DNA of 32,000 nt from Clostridium scatologenes (GTDB lineage Bacteria > Bacillota > Clostridia > Clostridiales > Clostridiaceae), in assembly GCF_000968375.1 (NCBI RefSeq), contig NZ_CP009933.1, positions 4,318,787 to 4,350,786 on the forward strand, written 5' to 3'. Within the stretch, counting starts at the first letter, position 1; each line of letters starts with the position of its first letter. The notes beneath the pieces are model-generated. The model did not search any database. It was not told the DNA's origin and was given only the letters and a program-made list of their open reading frames with translations. Below, piece by piece: positions 9,291 to 18,265 of this stretch. The translations under genes were made by a program, and so were the position numbers.

Positions 9291-10333
9291 TTAACTAAAT
9301 ACACATTAATCCATCTTACGCCCCAATTGTTTGCTTCTGAATTGGAGTCGAAGAATAAATCAACTCTGTCACCCTTTATAGCTCCCCCTGTATCTTCGGC
9401 AATAGCATATCCATAACCTTCAATGTAAAGCTTAGTACCAAGAGGTATAACTCTTGGATCAACTGCTACAGAGCTATAGCTACCTACACTTCTTTTAGCT
9501 ACAGTACCTGTAGCTGTAATCCCAAAATAAGGATCTCCAGGACTTTTGCCTGTACTCTCATAATCTGAAGTATATCCAGTAGCTCTCATCCTCATAACTG
9601 TTGTATAAGGAACCCTAGTACCACGTGAAGGAGTATAAACATTTAAAGCTCCCATAGCTATAATCTTTTGAACTGGTTGTTTTTTTACTGTTTCACTTAT
9701 TACTTTTCTTGAAATTTCTTTACCATTTTCATAAACAACTCTAGTTAATGTTTCTTTTTCTCCAGGTTTTCCTTCTTGTACTACTCTATTATTACCTTGC
9801 TCTATATCTTCATCTTTTTTTACAACTGTATTATAATCTAGTGGTTTAACTTCCTTAATATCTTTCATCTCAACTCTTGTTACCACTACCATTAGCCCTT
9901 CCTTTACAGTTGAATCCTTCTTTGGATATATTTTATCAGATTGATGAATTGTTATTTTCTCTGCTTGCAACATTTTTTCAACGTTGTCTTCTGCAGACTT
10001 TATATCCAACTTCTTTCCATCTACAGCAACTTTAACATTTACTGCTCTCTTTATGGATATTTTTGAGTCATTTTCAACTTTATTGTCAAGACTAACCGTG
10101 GTCTTATCCTTTGGTCCTACAGTTATACCATTATTACTCAAAGCACTTCTATAAGTGCTACTTAAAGTCATTATTTTCTTATCTTTACCGTCTATAGAAA
10201 CTGTGATTGTCTTTCTTGCACTGCTAATCAATACTACAAAAACTATTAAAACTATTAAAGTCAAGTAGATATACATAGCTTTAGGACCATTGGAAAAATA
10301 CTTTTTTAAATAGCCTTTTAATTTTTCCACCAT
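9287..10333 (-). CDS. YabE-like cell-wall protein (DUF348 repeats, G5 domain, C-terminal 3D/RlpA-like domain)
   Basis: Start MVEKLKGY at ATG 10333-10331 follows GGAGGAGG. It has an N-terminal TM helix and the 3D-domain signature ATGYT...VAVDP..IPLGTKLYIEGYG.A.AEDTGGAIKG..VDLF. The longer listed ORF (to 10480) would contain the consensus promoter. Confidence 0.85.
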   Translation of the reverse strand: MVEKLKGYLKKYFSNGPKAMYIYLTLIVLIVFVVLISSARKTITVSIDGKDKKIMTLSSTYRSALSNNGITVGPKDKTTVSLDNKVENDSKISIKRAVNVKVAVDGKKLDIKSAEDNVEKMLQAEKITIHQSDKIYPKKDSTVKEGLMVVVTRVEMKDIKEVKPLDYNTVVKKDEDIEQGNNRVVQEGKPGEKETLTRVVYENGKEISRKVISETVKKQPVQKIIAMGALNVYTPSRGTRVPYTTVMRMRATGYTSDYESTGKSPGDPYFGITATGTVAKRSVGSYSSVAVDPRVIPLGTKLYIEGYGYAIAEDTGGAIKGDRVDLFFDSNSEANNWGVRWINVYLVK

Positions 10334-10367
10334 AAAAATACCTCCTCCTGGTAAGAACGACATTCCT

Positions 10368-10396
10368 ATTATAAGGGCAGTGACGAATTCTGTCAA
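10368..10396 (-). promoter_or_regulatory. consensus sigma-A promoter of the yabE-like gene
   Basis: Minus strand reads TTGACA, 17-nt spacer, TATAAT (perfect hexamers), about 30 nt upstream of the ATG. Confidence 0.75.
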
Positions 10397-10611
10397 ATAT
10401 CGCCTTAACATTTTAGACCATGTAATGCAAATTTTTGCATAAAAATTAATAATAAAATATTTATGATAGCACTTTTTCACTAATGGCCTATATTAAATAT
10501 TTTTGGTGGAATTTTTATAAAACTTATTATATTATATGAGACAAATTAACATATAATACTTAAATATAAAATTAATAAAAAGTTAATAAATCGCAATTCA
10601 ATTTTACACTA

Positions 10612-11412
10612 TTATCCTATATTTAGCAACCTCTTGATATTTAAGATAGTTCTACAACTCATTTCCTCACTACTTATACCTTTAATTTCCGCTATTTTAT
10701 TTATTATGCTAGCTATATATTCTGATCTATTTCTTTTACCTCTAAAAGGAACAGGTGCCATGTAAGGACAATCAGTCTCCACTAATATTCTATCAAGCGG
10801 AACTTCTTTTACCACATCTAAAACCTTTTTAGCATTTTTAAATGTCACTACTCCGGTAAATCCTATGTAATATCCAAGCTTTAAACATTCTCTTGCAAAT
10901 TCTACACTACCAGAAAAGCAATGTATTTCACCTTTAACCTCTGGAAACATTTTTATAATATCTAACGTATCTCCATGAGCATCTCTATCATGTATAATTA
11001 CAGGTAAATTTAATTCTTTTGCAAGTTCCATCTGTTTTATAAAAACTTTTTTTTGAATCTCTTTTCCAGGATTTCCCTCGTAATAGTAATCAAGTCCTAT
11101 TTCCCCTATAGCTTTAACTTTAGTATTTTTAACTAACTCTTTTAATTCAGAAATAACTTCACTTGTTAATTGATCAGCATGCTCAGGATGAATTCCAACT
11201 GCTGCATAAAAAAAATCATGCTTATTTGCCAGTTCTACTGAAGCTCTAGTTCCTTCTATAGATGCTCCACAATTTAATACTCCTTGTATTCCATTTTGTC
11301 TTAACTCATTTATTATGGATTGTCTATCCTCATCAAATTGTTCATCATCATAATGTGCATGAGCATCAAATATGCTTATTTTACCATCAGTTAATTTTAT
11401 ATTATCATCCAT
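10612..11412 (-). CDS. tatD: TatD-family metal-dependent DNase/hydrolase (YabD)
   Basis: FDAHAHYD, GEIGLDYYY, HDRDAH and ETDCPY motifs. Synteny with metG. Confidence 0.92.
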   Translation of the reverse strand: MDDNIKLTDGKISIFDAHAHYDDEQFDEDRQSIINELRQNGIQGVLNCGASIEGTRASVELANKHDFFYAAVGIHPEHADQLTSEVISELKELVKNTKVKAIGEIGLDYYYEGNPGKEIQKKVFIKQMELAKELNLPVIIHDRDAHGDTLDIIKMFPEVKGEIHCFSGSVEFARECLKLGYYIGFTGVVTFKNAKKVLDVVKEVPLDRILVETDCPYMAPVPFRGKRNRSEYIASIINKIAEIKGISSEEMSCRTILNIKRLLNIG

Positions 11413-11619
11413 TGTATCTCTCCATTCATAAACTTAAACATATTTTTTCTTATGGATATATTTTAACCTCCCATTCATAAAGTAAATAAATTTTAATCAT
11501 GATATTAAAAAGATGTAATCCGGATTTATCTGGAGTTTAAACTCCCCTTAAATCAAGCTTCACTTGATTAATTGCATTTTAAATACTAAATGATTAAAAT
11601 TTTGCAATTGCATATTTCC

Positions 11620-11647
11620 ATTTTATTACATTTATTTTTATAGTCAA
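11620..11647 (-). promoter_or_regulatory. candidate sigma-A promoter driving a leader of about 200 nt upstream of tatD
   Basis: Minus strand reads TTGACT, 16-nt spacer, TAAAAT. Confidence 0.45.
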
Positions 11648-11740
11648 CTTTTTTTTATTATAATATAAGCGATTTTCTTAACAAAATCTAATATTTGCTC
11701 AATCATAATTAGTTTTATAGCATTGATGATAAATTATTAT

Positions 11741-11797
11741 AAAAAAAGCCAAAAATGACTATTTATTCAAAATTTCTTCAGAACAAATAATCATTTT
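11741..11797 (-). terminator. rho-independent terminator of metG
   Basis: On the minus-strand RNA a 17-bp stem forms (two G-U pairs) with a 12-nt loop, followed by TGGCTTTTTTT. Confidence 0.7.
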
Positions 11798-11837
11798 TAG
11801 TATTAAATTTAAACTTTTTACTGAGCTGTATTTATAC

Positions 11838-13772
11838 CTATCTTACAATACTGCCTGTAGGAAGTTCTGATTCAATAGTAGCTGTAAGTAATTTACTATC
11901 ATCATCTGTAGATGCTGCTAATATCATTCCCTGGGAAAGTTCTCCTCTTAATTTTACAGGTTTCAAATTTGCAACTAATATTACATTTTTACCTACTAAT
12001 TCTTCTGGTTTATAGAATTTAGCTATTCCTGAAACCACTTGTCTTTCCTCGCCACCTAAATCTACCTTCAACTTTAGAAGCTTTTTAGCGCCTTTTACTG
12101 GTTCACACGCTAATACCTTAGCTATTCTTAAATCTATCTTTTCAAAATCATCAATTGTTATTTCTTCTTTCAATGGCTGCATTTTAGGTCTATTAGCTGC
12201 AGCTTGTTGTTCCTTAAGTTTATTTAATTCCTCAATTTTTTCATCTACATCTATTCTTGGGAATAAAAGTTCTCCCTTATTTACTTTTGACCCTGCTTTA
12301 GTTCCATCAAAAGATTTTAAGCTATCCCAAGTTATAACTTCAGCATTTAATTGTTTGTTTATCTTCTCACTAGTATCAGGCAAAAATGCTGATAAACATA
12401 CTGAAACTATTCTTAATGATTCCAACAAATTATAAAGTACAGTTCCTAATCTTTCCTTTTTACTTTCATCTTTTGCAAGTATCCAAGGAGTAGTCTCATC
12501 TATATATTTATTTGCTCTTCCTATAAGCTCCCATATACAATCTAATGCTTCTGGAATTCTCAAGTTATCTATACACTGCTCTGCAGCTTTAGGAGTATTT
12601 AATGCAACTTTTATAAGATCATCATCTATTGCTTCCTTAGCTGTTGCCGATGGAATTATTCCTCCAAAATACTTTTCTACCATTGCACAAGTTCTTGATA
12701 ATAAATTTCCTAAATCATTAGCTAAATCTGAATTTATCTTTTTTATAAATATCTCATTATTAAATAATCCATCTGCTCCAAATGGTATTTCTCTTAATAG
12801 ATAATATCTTACAGGATCTGCGCCAAAATGATTTACCAAAAGTACAGGATCTACCACATTTCCTTTAGATTTTGACATTTTTCCTCCATCTACTAGAAGC
12901 CAACCATGCCCAAATACCTGCTTGGGTAGTGGAAGACCTAATGCCATAAGCATAATCGGCCAATAAATTGTATGGAATCTTAATATGTCTTTGCCTACTA
13001 AATGAACATCTGCTGGCCAATATTTATTATATAAATCTGAATTGCTGCTTCCATATCCAAGCGCTGTTATATAGTTTGCTAAAGCATCTACCCATACGTA
13101 TACAACATGCTTTTCATCAAAAGTCACTGGTATTCCCCAATCAAAAGAAGTTCTTGAAACACAAAGATCTTGTAATCCTGGTTTTAAGAAATTATTTATC
13201 ATTTCATTCTTTCTTGATTCTGGTTGAATAAATTCCGGATGATTTTCTATATATTCTATAAGTTTTGGAGCATATTTTGACATTTTAAAAAAGTATGCTT
13301 CTTCTTTAGCTTTTTCAACTGGTCTTCCACAATCAGGACACTTTCCATCTACAGCCTGAGTTTCTGTCCAGAAAGATTCACAAGGTGTACAATACCATCC
13401 CTCATAAGAATCTTTATATATATCGCCTTGATCATATAACTTTTTAAATATATCTTGAACTGATTTTACATGATAATCATCTGTAGTTCTTATAAACTTA
13501 TCATAGCTTATATTCATTATTTCCCAAAGATCTTTTATTCCTGCAACTATTTCATCAACATAAGCTTTAGGCGTTACACCTTTTGCTTCTGCCAATCTCT
13601 GAATTTTTTGTCCATGCTCATCTGTACCTGTTAAAAACATTACGTCATATCCTGTAAGTCTTTTAAATCTTGCTAATGAATCAGCCGCAACTGTAGTGTA
13701 TGTGTTTCCTATATGAAGTTTAGCTGATGGATAATAAATTGGTGTTGTAATATAATATGGTTTTTTACACAT
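11838..13772 (-). CDS. metG: methionine--tRNA ligase with C-terminal tRNA-binding (EMAP/Trbp111-like) domain
   Basis: HIGN (KLHIGNTYT) and KMSKS motifs, a zinc knuckle CTPC...CPDC, and a Met-specifier T-box upstream. Confidence 0.97.
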   Translation of the reverse strand: MCKKPYYITTPIYYPSAKLHIGNTYTTVAADSLARFKRLTGYDVMFLTGTDEHGQKIQRLAEAKGVTPKAYVDEIVAGIKDLWEIMNISYDKFIRTTDDYHVKSVQDIFKKLYDQGDIYKDSYEGWYCTPCESFWTETQAVDGKCPDCGRPVEKAKEEAYFFKMSKYAPKLIEYIENHPEFIQPESRKNEMINNFLKPGLQDLCVSRTSFDWGIPVTFDEKHVVYVWVDALANYITALGYGSSNSDLYNKYWPADVHLVGKDILRFHTIYWPIMLMALGLPLPKQVFGHGWLLVDGGKMSKSKGNVVDPVLLVNHFGADPVRYYLLREIPFGADGLFNNEIFIKKINSDLANDLGNLLSRTCAMVEKYFGGIIPSATAKEAIDDDLIKVALNTPKAAEQCIDNLRIPEALDCIWELIGRANKYIDETTPWILAKDESKKERLGTVLYNLLESLRIVSVCLSAFLPDTSEKINKQLNAEVITWDSLKSFDGTKAGSKVNKGELLFPRIDVDEKIEELNKLKEQQAAANRPKMQPLKEEITIDDFEKIDLRIAKVLACEPVKGAKKLLKLKVDLGGEERQVVSGIAKFYKPEELVGKNVILVANLKPVKLRGELSQGMILAASTDDDSKLLTATIESELPTGSIVR

Positions 13773-13808
13773 TCTCTATTCCTCCTTAAAAACTTATAAA
13801 TTTCTAAT

Positions 13809-14094
13809 AAAAAAACCTCTATATGAAGTAATTCCTTCATATAGAGGTGTATATAACACTTTACCACTCTAATTCATCTTTATTTCACAATAAAGACCTC
13901 GATAAGTAACTCAAGCCATAGTAAAAAAGACCTTTTATTACTCTGCACTATAACGGTTGCTTCCGTGTTATCCTAATACAATTTCAAATAACCTGCTCTG
14001 GAGCCATGTTCATAAACTATTTTATTATCGGCTTTCACCTAATCCGATTCTCTTTAAATACTTTCATTTACTACTCTTTCCTTCACAGCATTTC
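13809..14094 (-). ncRNA. T-box leader (Met specifier) with terminator/antiterminator
   Basis: The minus strand has a stem I start (GAAGGAAAGAGTAG), candidate specifier AUG-A at 14013-14011, and the T-box sequence AATTAGAGTGGTAAAGTG. Then comes the terminator CCTCTATATGAAG...CTTCATATAGAGG (13816-13847) plus a T7 run. Confidence 0.85.
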
Positions 14095-14101
14095 AATTTT
14101 T

Positions 14102-14130
14102 ATAATATTCCATATGTTTAGTTCTGTCAA
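14102..14130 (-). promoter_or_regulatory. sigma-A promoter of the metG T-box leader
   Basis: Minus strand reads TTGACA, 17-nt spacer, TATTAT. Confidence 0.7.
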
Positions 14131-14148
14131 TAGCATTTTATCTAATTT

Positions 14149-14748
14149 TTAAATAATTTTATCATCTTTAATTTCATCATATTTTTTCTTTACAGATTTT
14201 AAGTCTTCCCAAAGCAATACTTTTTTATTCTCATCTCTAAATAAAGCTGCTGGATGAAAAGTAGCCATAATATAGCATCCTTTTCTTTCAATCCACTTTC
14301 CTCTATCTCTTGTTATCCTAAAATCGTTTCCTAAAATATACTTCATAGCAGTTGCTCCTAGGCAAACTATAATTTTGGGTTTAATTAAAGCTACTTGATT
14401 TCTTAAATATGGCAAACATGCTACAGCCTCATCTTCATATGGCACTCTATTATTATCTGGTCTGCATTTGCATACATTACATATGTAATAATCATTTTCT
14501 CTTATTAAATTCAATGCTGTAAGTCCTTTAGTTAAAAGTTGCCCTGCTCTACCAACAAAAGGTAACCCAATTCTATCCTCGTCAGCTCCTGGAGCTTCTC
14601 CTACAAAAACTATTTTTCCTCTACAATTTCCATCCCCAAACACCATATTAGTTCTTTTATTTCCCAGATTACATTTATTACATTGTAAACATTCTTCATA
14701 TAATTCTCGCCATTTTAACAACTTAACCACCTCTTTACTCATAATCAT
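14149..14748 (-). CDS. uracil-DNA glycosylase, family 4 (Fe-S type)
   Basis: GEAPGADEDRIGLPFVGRAGQLL motif, an N-terminal Cys cluster (CLQCNKC) and HPAA near the C-terminus. No clear SD, so the start (M1 or M3) is uncertain. Confidence 0.88.
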   Translation of the reverse strand: MIMSKEVVKLLKWRELYEECLQCNKCNLGNKRTNMVFGDGNCRGKIVFVGEAPGADEDRIGLPFVGRAGQLLTKGLTALNLIRENDYYICNVCKCRPDNNRVPYEDEAVACLPYLRNQVALIKPKIIVCLGATAMKYILGNDFRITRDRGKWIERKGCYIMATFHPAALFRDENKKVLLWEDLKSVKKKYDEIKDDKII

Positions 14749-14884
14749 CGCTTAGAATGTGCTTAAATTTTATAATATTTCGTATTTCTAAGTACATTTT
14801 TCTTAGTATTGTTTTATTTTATAAAATGAAGTACCATTTATATTATACTACATTATTTTTTAATATGTCTCATGGAGGTACTAA

Positions 14885-16240
14885 ATGTTATATCGCAATA
14901 CTATAAAAGATGTATTAAATCTTGCACTTCCTGCAGTAGGTGAAATGATTCTCTATATGATGATATGGGTATTTGATACTATGATGGTAGGCCAATATGG
15001 AGGTAACATAGCTGTTAGTTCTGTTGGATTAAGCTCTGAAATAATCTATACATTTTCGAATATATTTATAGCTATGGGTTTATCCGTAGGTATTACTTCA
15101 TTAGTTGCCAGACAAATAGGATCTAAAAGATTTGAGCTAGCCGAGGAATATTCATCTATAGGATTCTTAGTAGCTTTTATCATAGCTTTTATTGTATCCT
15201 TATTAATATTTTCCTTTTGCGGCAATATGTTAGAAATGGCAGGTGCAACAAAAGAAGTAATGTACAATGGTAAAATATTCATGAGAATAGTTTGCATAGG
15301 AATTATTTTTTATATGCTTATGAATGTATTAAATGCAATTTTAAGGGGCTGCGGAAATACAAAAACTCCTTTAATAGCTTCTATACTAGTTAATATAATA
15401 ACAGTAACCTTGGACTGGCTATTGATTTTTGGTCACTATGGTTTTCCAGAACTAGGTATAAAGGGAGCTGCAATAGCTACTGCTTCAGCTCAAATATCAG
15501 GATTTATATTTATACTTTTCTATATAATGAAAAAATCTAAAATTAGACCTAGACTAAAATATATATTAAACCTCAATTTTAAAAATGTAAAAGAATTATT
15601 AAGATTAAGTATTCCAGCTTCATTTCAAGAAGCAGCTTTTTCTACAAGCAGATTATTATGTGTATTCATAATAATGCATCTTGGAAACATAGCTTTTGCT
15701 GCTAATCAAATAGTAACAACTATAGAATCGGTTTCATATATGCCTGGATGGGGATTTGCCATAGCTGCAACTACTTTATCAGGTCACAAATTTGGAGAAA
15801 AAAACTTTAAAAAATCTAAGGAATATGCCTATACTTGTATGGTATTAGGTGTTATATTGATGGGCTTTTGTTCTATTTTATATTTAATCTTTCCTAGCTT
15901 TTTAATAAAACTTTTCATAAATTCAAAAGAACAGGAAGTTATTAGACTAGGAAGTCTATGCCTTATGGTAGCTGCTGCAGAACAAGTTCCTATGGCAGTT
16001 TCCATGATACTTGGAGGTGCTCTTAAAGGCATAGGAGATACTAAAACACCTTTTATAATTTCACTTATTTCTAGTTGGTTAATACGACTTCCTTTAATGT
16101 TTTATTTTATATTTATATTAAAGGTTTCTGTAGTATATGTATGGTGGATTACTGCCATTCAATGGGCATTTGAAGGCATCACTATGTTCATTTTATTTAA
16201 AAAGAAATTTAGGTCACTTTCAAAACAAGCAGAAGCTTAA
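14885..16240 (+). CDS. MATE-family efflux transporter
   Basis: 451 aa with about 12 TM helices and typical MATE repeats (ALPA.GE..., RG.G.TK.P). SD GGAGG lies 7 nt upstream. Confidence 0.9.
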   Translation: MLYRNTIKDVLNLALPAVGEMILYMMIWVFDTMMVGQYGGNIAVSSVGLSSEIIYTFSNIFIAMGLSVGITSLVARQIGSKRFELAEEYSSIGFLVAFIIAFIVSLLIFSFCGNMLEMAGATKEVMYNGKIFMRIVCIGIIFYMLMNVLNAILRGCGNTKTPLIASILVNIITVTLDWLLIFGHYGFPELGIKGAAIATASAQISGFIFILFYIMKKSKIRPRLKYILNLNFKNVKELLRLSIPASFQEAAFSTSRLLCVFIIMHLGNIAFAANQIVTTIESVSYMPGWGFAIAATTLSGHKFGEKNFKKSKEYAYTCMVLGVILMGFCSILYLIFPSFLIKLFINSKEQEVIRLGSLCLMVAAAEQVPMAVSMILGGALKGIGDTKTPFIISLISSWLIRLPLMFYFIFILKVSVVYVWWITAIQWAFEGITMFILFKKKFRSLSKQAEA

Positions 16241-16258
16241 ACTTCATAATCTAAGCAC

Positions 16259-16358
16259 AATGCGACGGAACTTTTTTAGAGGACAATTGACAGAGGACAG
16301 TGAAGGATGATTTTTCTCCGCTTTGCTGTCAAATGTCCTCTAAAAAATGCTTCGCATT
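16259..16358. repeat. 100-bp GC-enriched imperfect inverted repeat between convergent MATE and spmB genes
   Basis: AATGCGA..TTTTTTAGAGGACA-A-TTGACAG [32-nt loop] CTGTCAA-A-TGTCCTCTAAAAAA..TCGCATT gives paired blocks of 7+14+7 bp. The GAGGACA motif occurs three times. Confidence 0.8.
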
Positions 16359-16375
16359 ATTTTTAAATTATAATC

Positions 16376-16894
16376 TTAAAACATAATTCTTGCTAAAGTT
16401 ACTGCCATGACAATTGAAACACAATCTGCCAAAACTGCTGCCCAAAGAGTATGTCTTATTTTCCTTATTCCTACAGCACCAAAATACACCGTAAGTGTAT
16501 AAAATATTGTTTCTGTAGATCCCATAATTATAGAAGACACTTTTCCTATGTAGCTATCTACTCCAAATTTATTTATAGTTTCTGCAAAAATACCTAAAGC
16601 ACCACTACCTGATAAAGGTTTTATTAATACTAGTGGCACAACTTCTGGTGGAAGTCCTATGAGCTTTGCAAAAGGTTTTACAATAAATATAAAATAATCT
16701 AAAGCTTTAGATTCTCTAAAAACGCCTACTGCTACTAACATAGCTAATAAATATGGGAATATGCTTACACATATACCAATCCCTTCCTTGGCACCTTCTA
16801 CAAAGCATTCATATACTTTAACTCCTTTAAATATTCCATATGCAGTTATAGCTATTATAATTATAGGAACTATTGATTTTATTATGTAATCCAA
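16376..16894 (-). CDS. spmB: spore maturation protein B (nucleoside-recognition/Gate domain)
   Basis: 172-aa polytopic membrane protein downstream of spmA, as in the B. subtilis spmA-spmB arrangement. Confidence 0.85.
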   Translation of the reverse strand: MDYIIKSIVPIIIIAITAYGIFKGVKVYECFVEGAKEGIGICVSIFPYLLAMLVAVGVFRESKALDYFIFIVKPFAKLIGLPPEVVPLVLIKPLSGSGALGIFAETINKFGVDSYIGKVSSIIMGSTETIFYTLTVYFGAVGIRKIRHTLWAAVLADCVSIVMAVTLARIMF

Positions 16895-16934
16895 AATATT
16901 ACCTCCATTGATTCTTTCTTAATCACCATTTGAT

Positions 16935-17510
16935 TCAAAAATACTTTTGCAATATCTTACAAAATACTATTCCAAATAAAGCTGCTGTACCAGTGGCTAT
17001 TATACCTGGTAATATAGTTTCTCCAGGATTCTGAGATCCTACTGCTGCACGCATTGATATAACAGTAGTAGGTAAAAACTGTATACAAGCTGCATTTATT
17101 ACCAAAAATAACGCCATATCGTTACTGGCTGAACTGTTTTTCTTATTTAATCTATCTAATTCTTTCATGGCTTTAATACCAAAAGGTGTAGCTGCATTTG
17201 AAAGTCCCATCATATTTGCAGTTAAATTCATAACTATTGCTCCCATAGCCTTTTCATCTTTAGAAGCTTCCTTGAAAATTAACTTTAGTATAGGTCTTAA
17301 AACTTTTGCTAATTTATCTGTAAGTCCACTTTTTTCAGCAATTTTCATTACCCCACACCATAGACACATTATTCCTAATAAGCTTATAGTTAATTTTACT
17401 GTAGATTCTGTAGAAGATACTATAACTTTAGATATATCTGCACCTCTTCCAGTAAAAATGCCCAATATTATTCCAAAACTTAAAATAAAAAACCATATAT
17501 AATTTATCAC
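16935..17510 (-). CDS. spmA: spore maturation protein A
   Basis: 191-aa membrane protein. GTG start follows AAGGAGA. Paired with spmB. Confidence 0.85.
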   Translation of the reverse strand: MINYIWFFILSFGIILGIFTGRGADISKVIVSSTESTVKLTISLLGIMCLWCGVMKIAEKSGLTDKLAKVLRPILKLIFKEASKDEKAMGAIVMNLTANMMGLSNAATPFGIKAMKELDRLNKKNSSASNDMALFLVINAACIQFLPTTVISMRAAVGSQNPGETILPGIIATGTAALFGIVFCKILQKYF

Positions 17511-17714
17511 TTACCTATCTCCTTTATAAATAACTTTGTTATAGTGATTATTAATATATATGTTGAAATTGTATTCAAATTGCCTAACATAATCTTTAAA
17601 TTAAAATTTAACTTTACAGTTAAGTGGCTATAAGTTATTATTACTATTGAAATTAAAATTTAAGAGTGCTACCATTTATGTTGTGTATAATTTTTTAAAA
17701 ATCGGAGGTTTGAA

Positions 17715-17957
17715 ATGACCATTAAAGAAATAATGAAATATATAGAAAGTGAGTATTCTGTTATAAATGATACTCCTTGTGAAATATGTGGTGGCCAATA
17801 TTTAGCGGAAGACTTAAATATTGATTTAATAGATGATATACCATATGATGTGTGTTCTTGTGTATGCTCTAATTGTGGACATGAAAAAAGCTTTGAGTTT
17901 TGCGCACCATTTATAGATGACGATGGATTAAAAAAAGCCAAAAATATATTAAACTAA
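17715..17957 (+). CDS. hypothetical small Cys-rich (zinc-ribbon-like) protein
   Basis: SD GGAGG lies 6 nt upstream. The Cys pattern is CEICGG...CSCVCSNCGH. Confidence 0.65.
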   Translation: MTIKEIMKYIESEYSVINDTPCEICGGQYLAEDLNIDLIDDIPYDVCSCVCSNCGHEKSFEFCAPFIDDDGLKKAKNILN

Positions 17958-17970
17958 AGGAGAATCATAA

Positions 17971-18156
17971 ATGAAAGAAGGAAATTTAGAACTAGCTCAA
18001 AAAGATATTGATGAAGCTTTAAAAACAATTCAAGATATGGAAGAAACTTTAATCAAAGAAAACCTACCTAAAGAAGTAATATTGGAAAACTTCAAAATTC
18101 TTACAGAAAAAGTTAGTAAGTTAGAATCAATTTTAAAAGAAGAAGGAATACTATAA
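17971..18156 (+). CDS. hypothetical small acidic helical protein
   Basis: SD AAGGAGA is upstream. The gene starts 13 nt after the preceding stop, and a strong terminator follows. Confidence 0.6.
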   Translation: MKEGNLELAQKDIDEALKTIQDMEETLIKENLPKEVILENFKILTEKVSKLESILKEEGIL

Positions 18157-18200
18157 TAAGGTTTTTTCAAAATCTTATTCATGAAAAACTTAATTTACAT

Positions 18201-18244
18201 AAAAAATCACTATAAAACTTTAATAAGTTTTATAGTGATTTTTA
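18201..18244. terminator. bidirectional rho-independent terminator
   Basis: ATCACTATAAAAC-loop-GTTTTATAGTGAT (13-bp stem), flanked by A- and T-runs. Confidence 0.85.
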
Positions 18245-18265
18245 TTATAATTACAACATAAATTC

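Noticed and set aside
10334-10611. A c-di-AMP (ydaO-type) or other riboswitch upstream of the 3D-domain yabE-like gene, and the long N-terminal extension of the listed ORF (to 10480).
   Set aside because: A perfect TTGACA-17-TATAAT promoter lies only about 30 nt upstream of the SD-supported ATG at 10333. This leaves no room for a riboswitch, and I saw no ydaO-like conserved segments. The extension would place the promoter inside the CDS. A 7-bp-arm palindrome, ATGCAAA-TT-TTTGCAT (10425-10440), remains unexplained but is too small to interpret.
17669-17941. 90-aa minus-strand ORF overlapping the 80-aa Cys-rich gene.
   Set aside because: It has no SD and a compositionally odd translation. The plus-strand ORF has GGAGG at correct spacing and is followed by a coupled second gene and a terminator.
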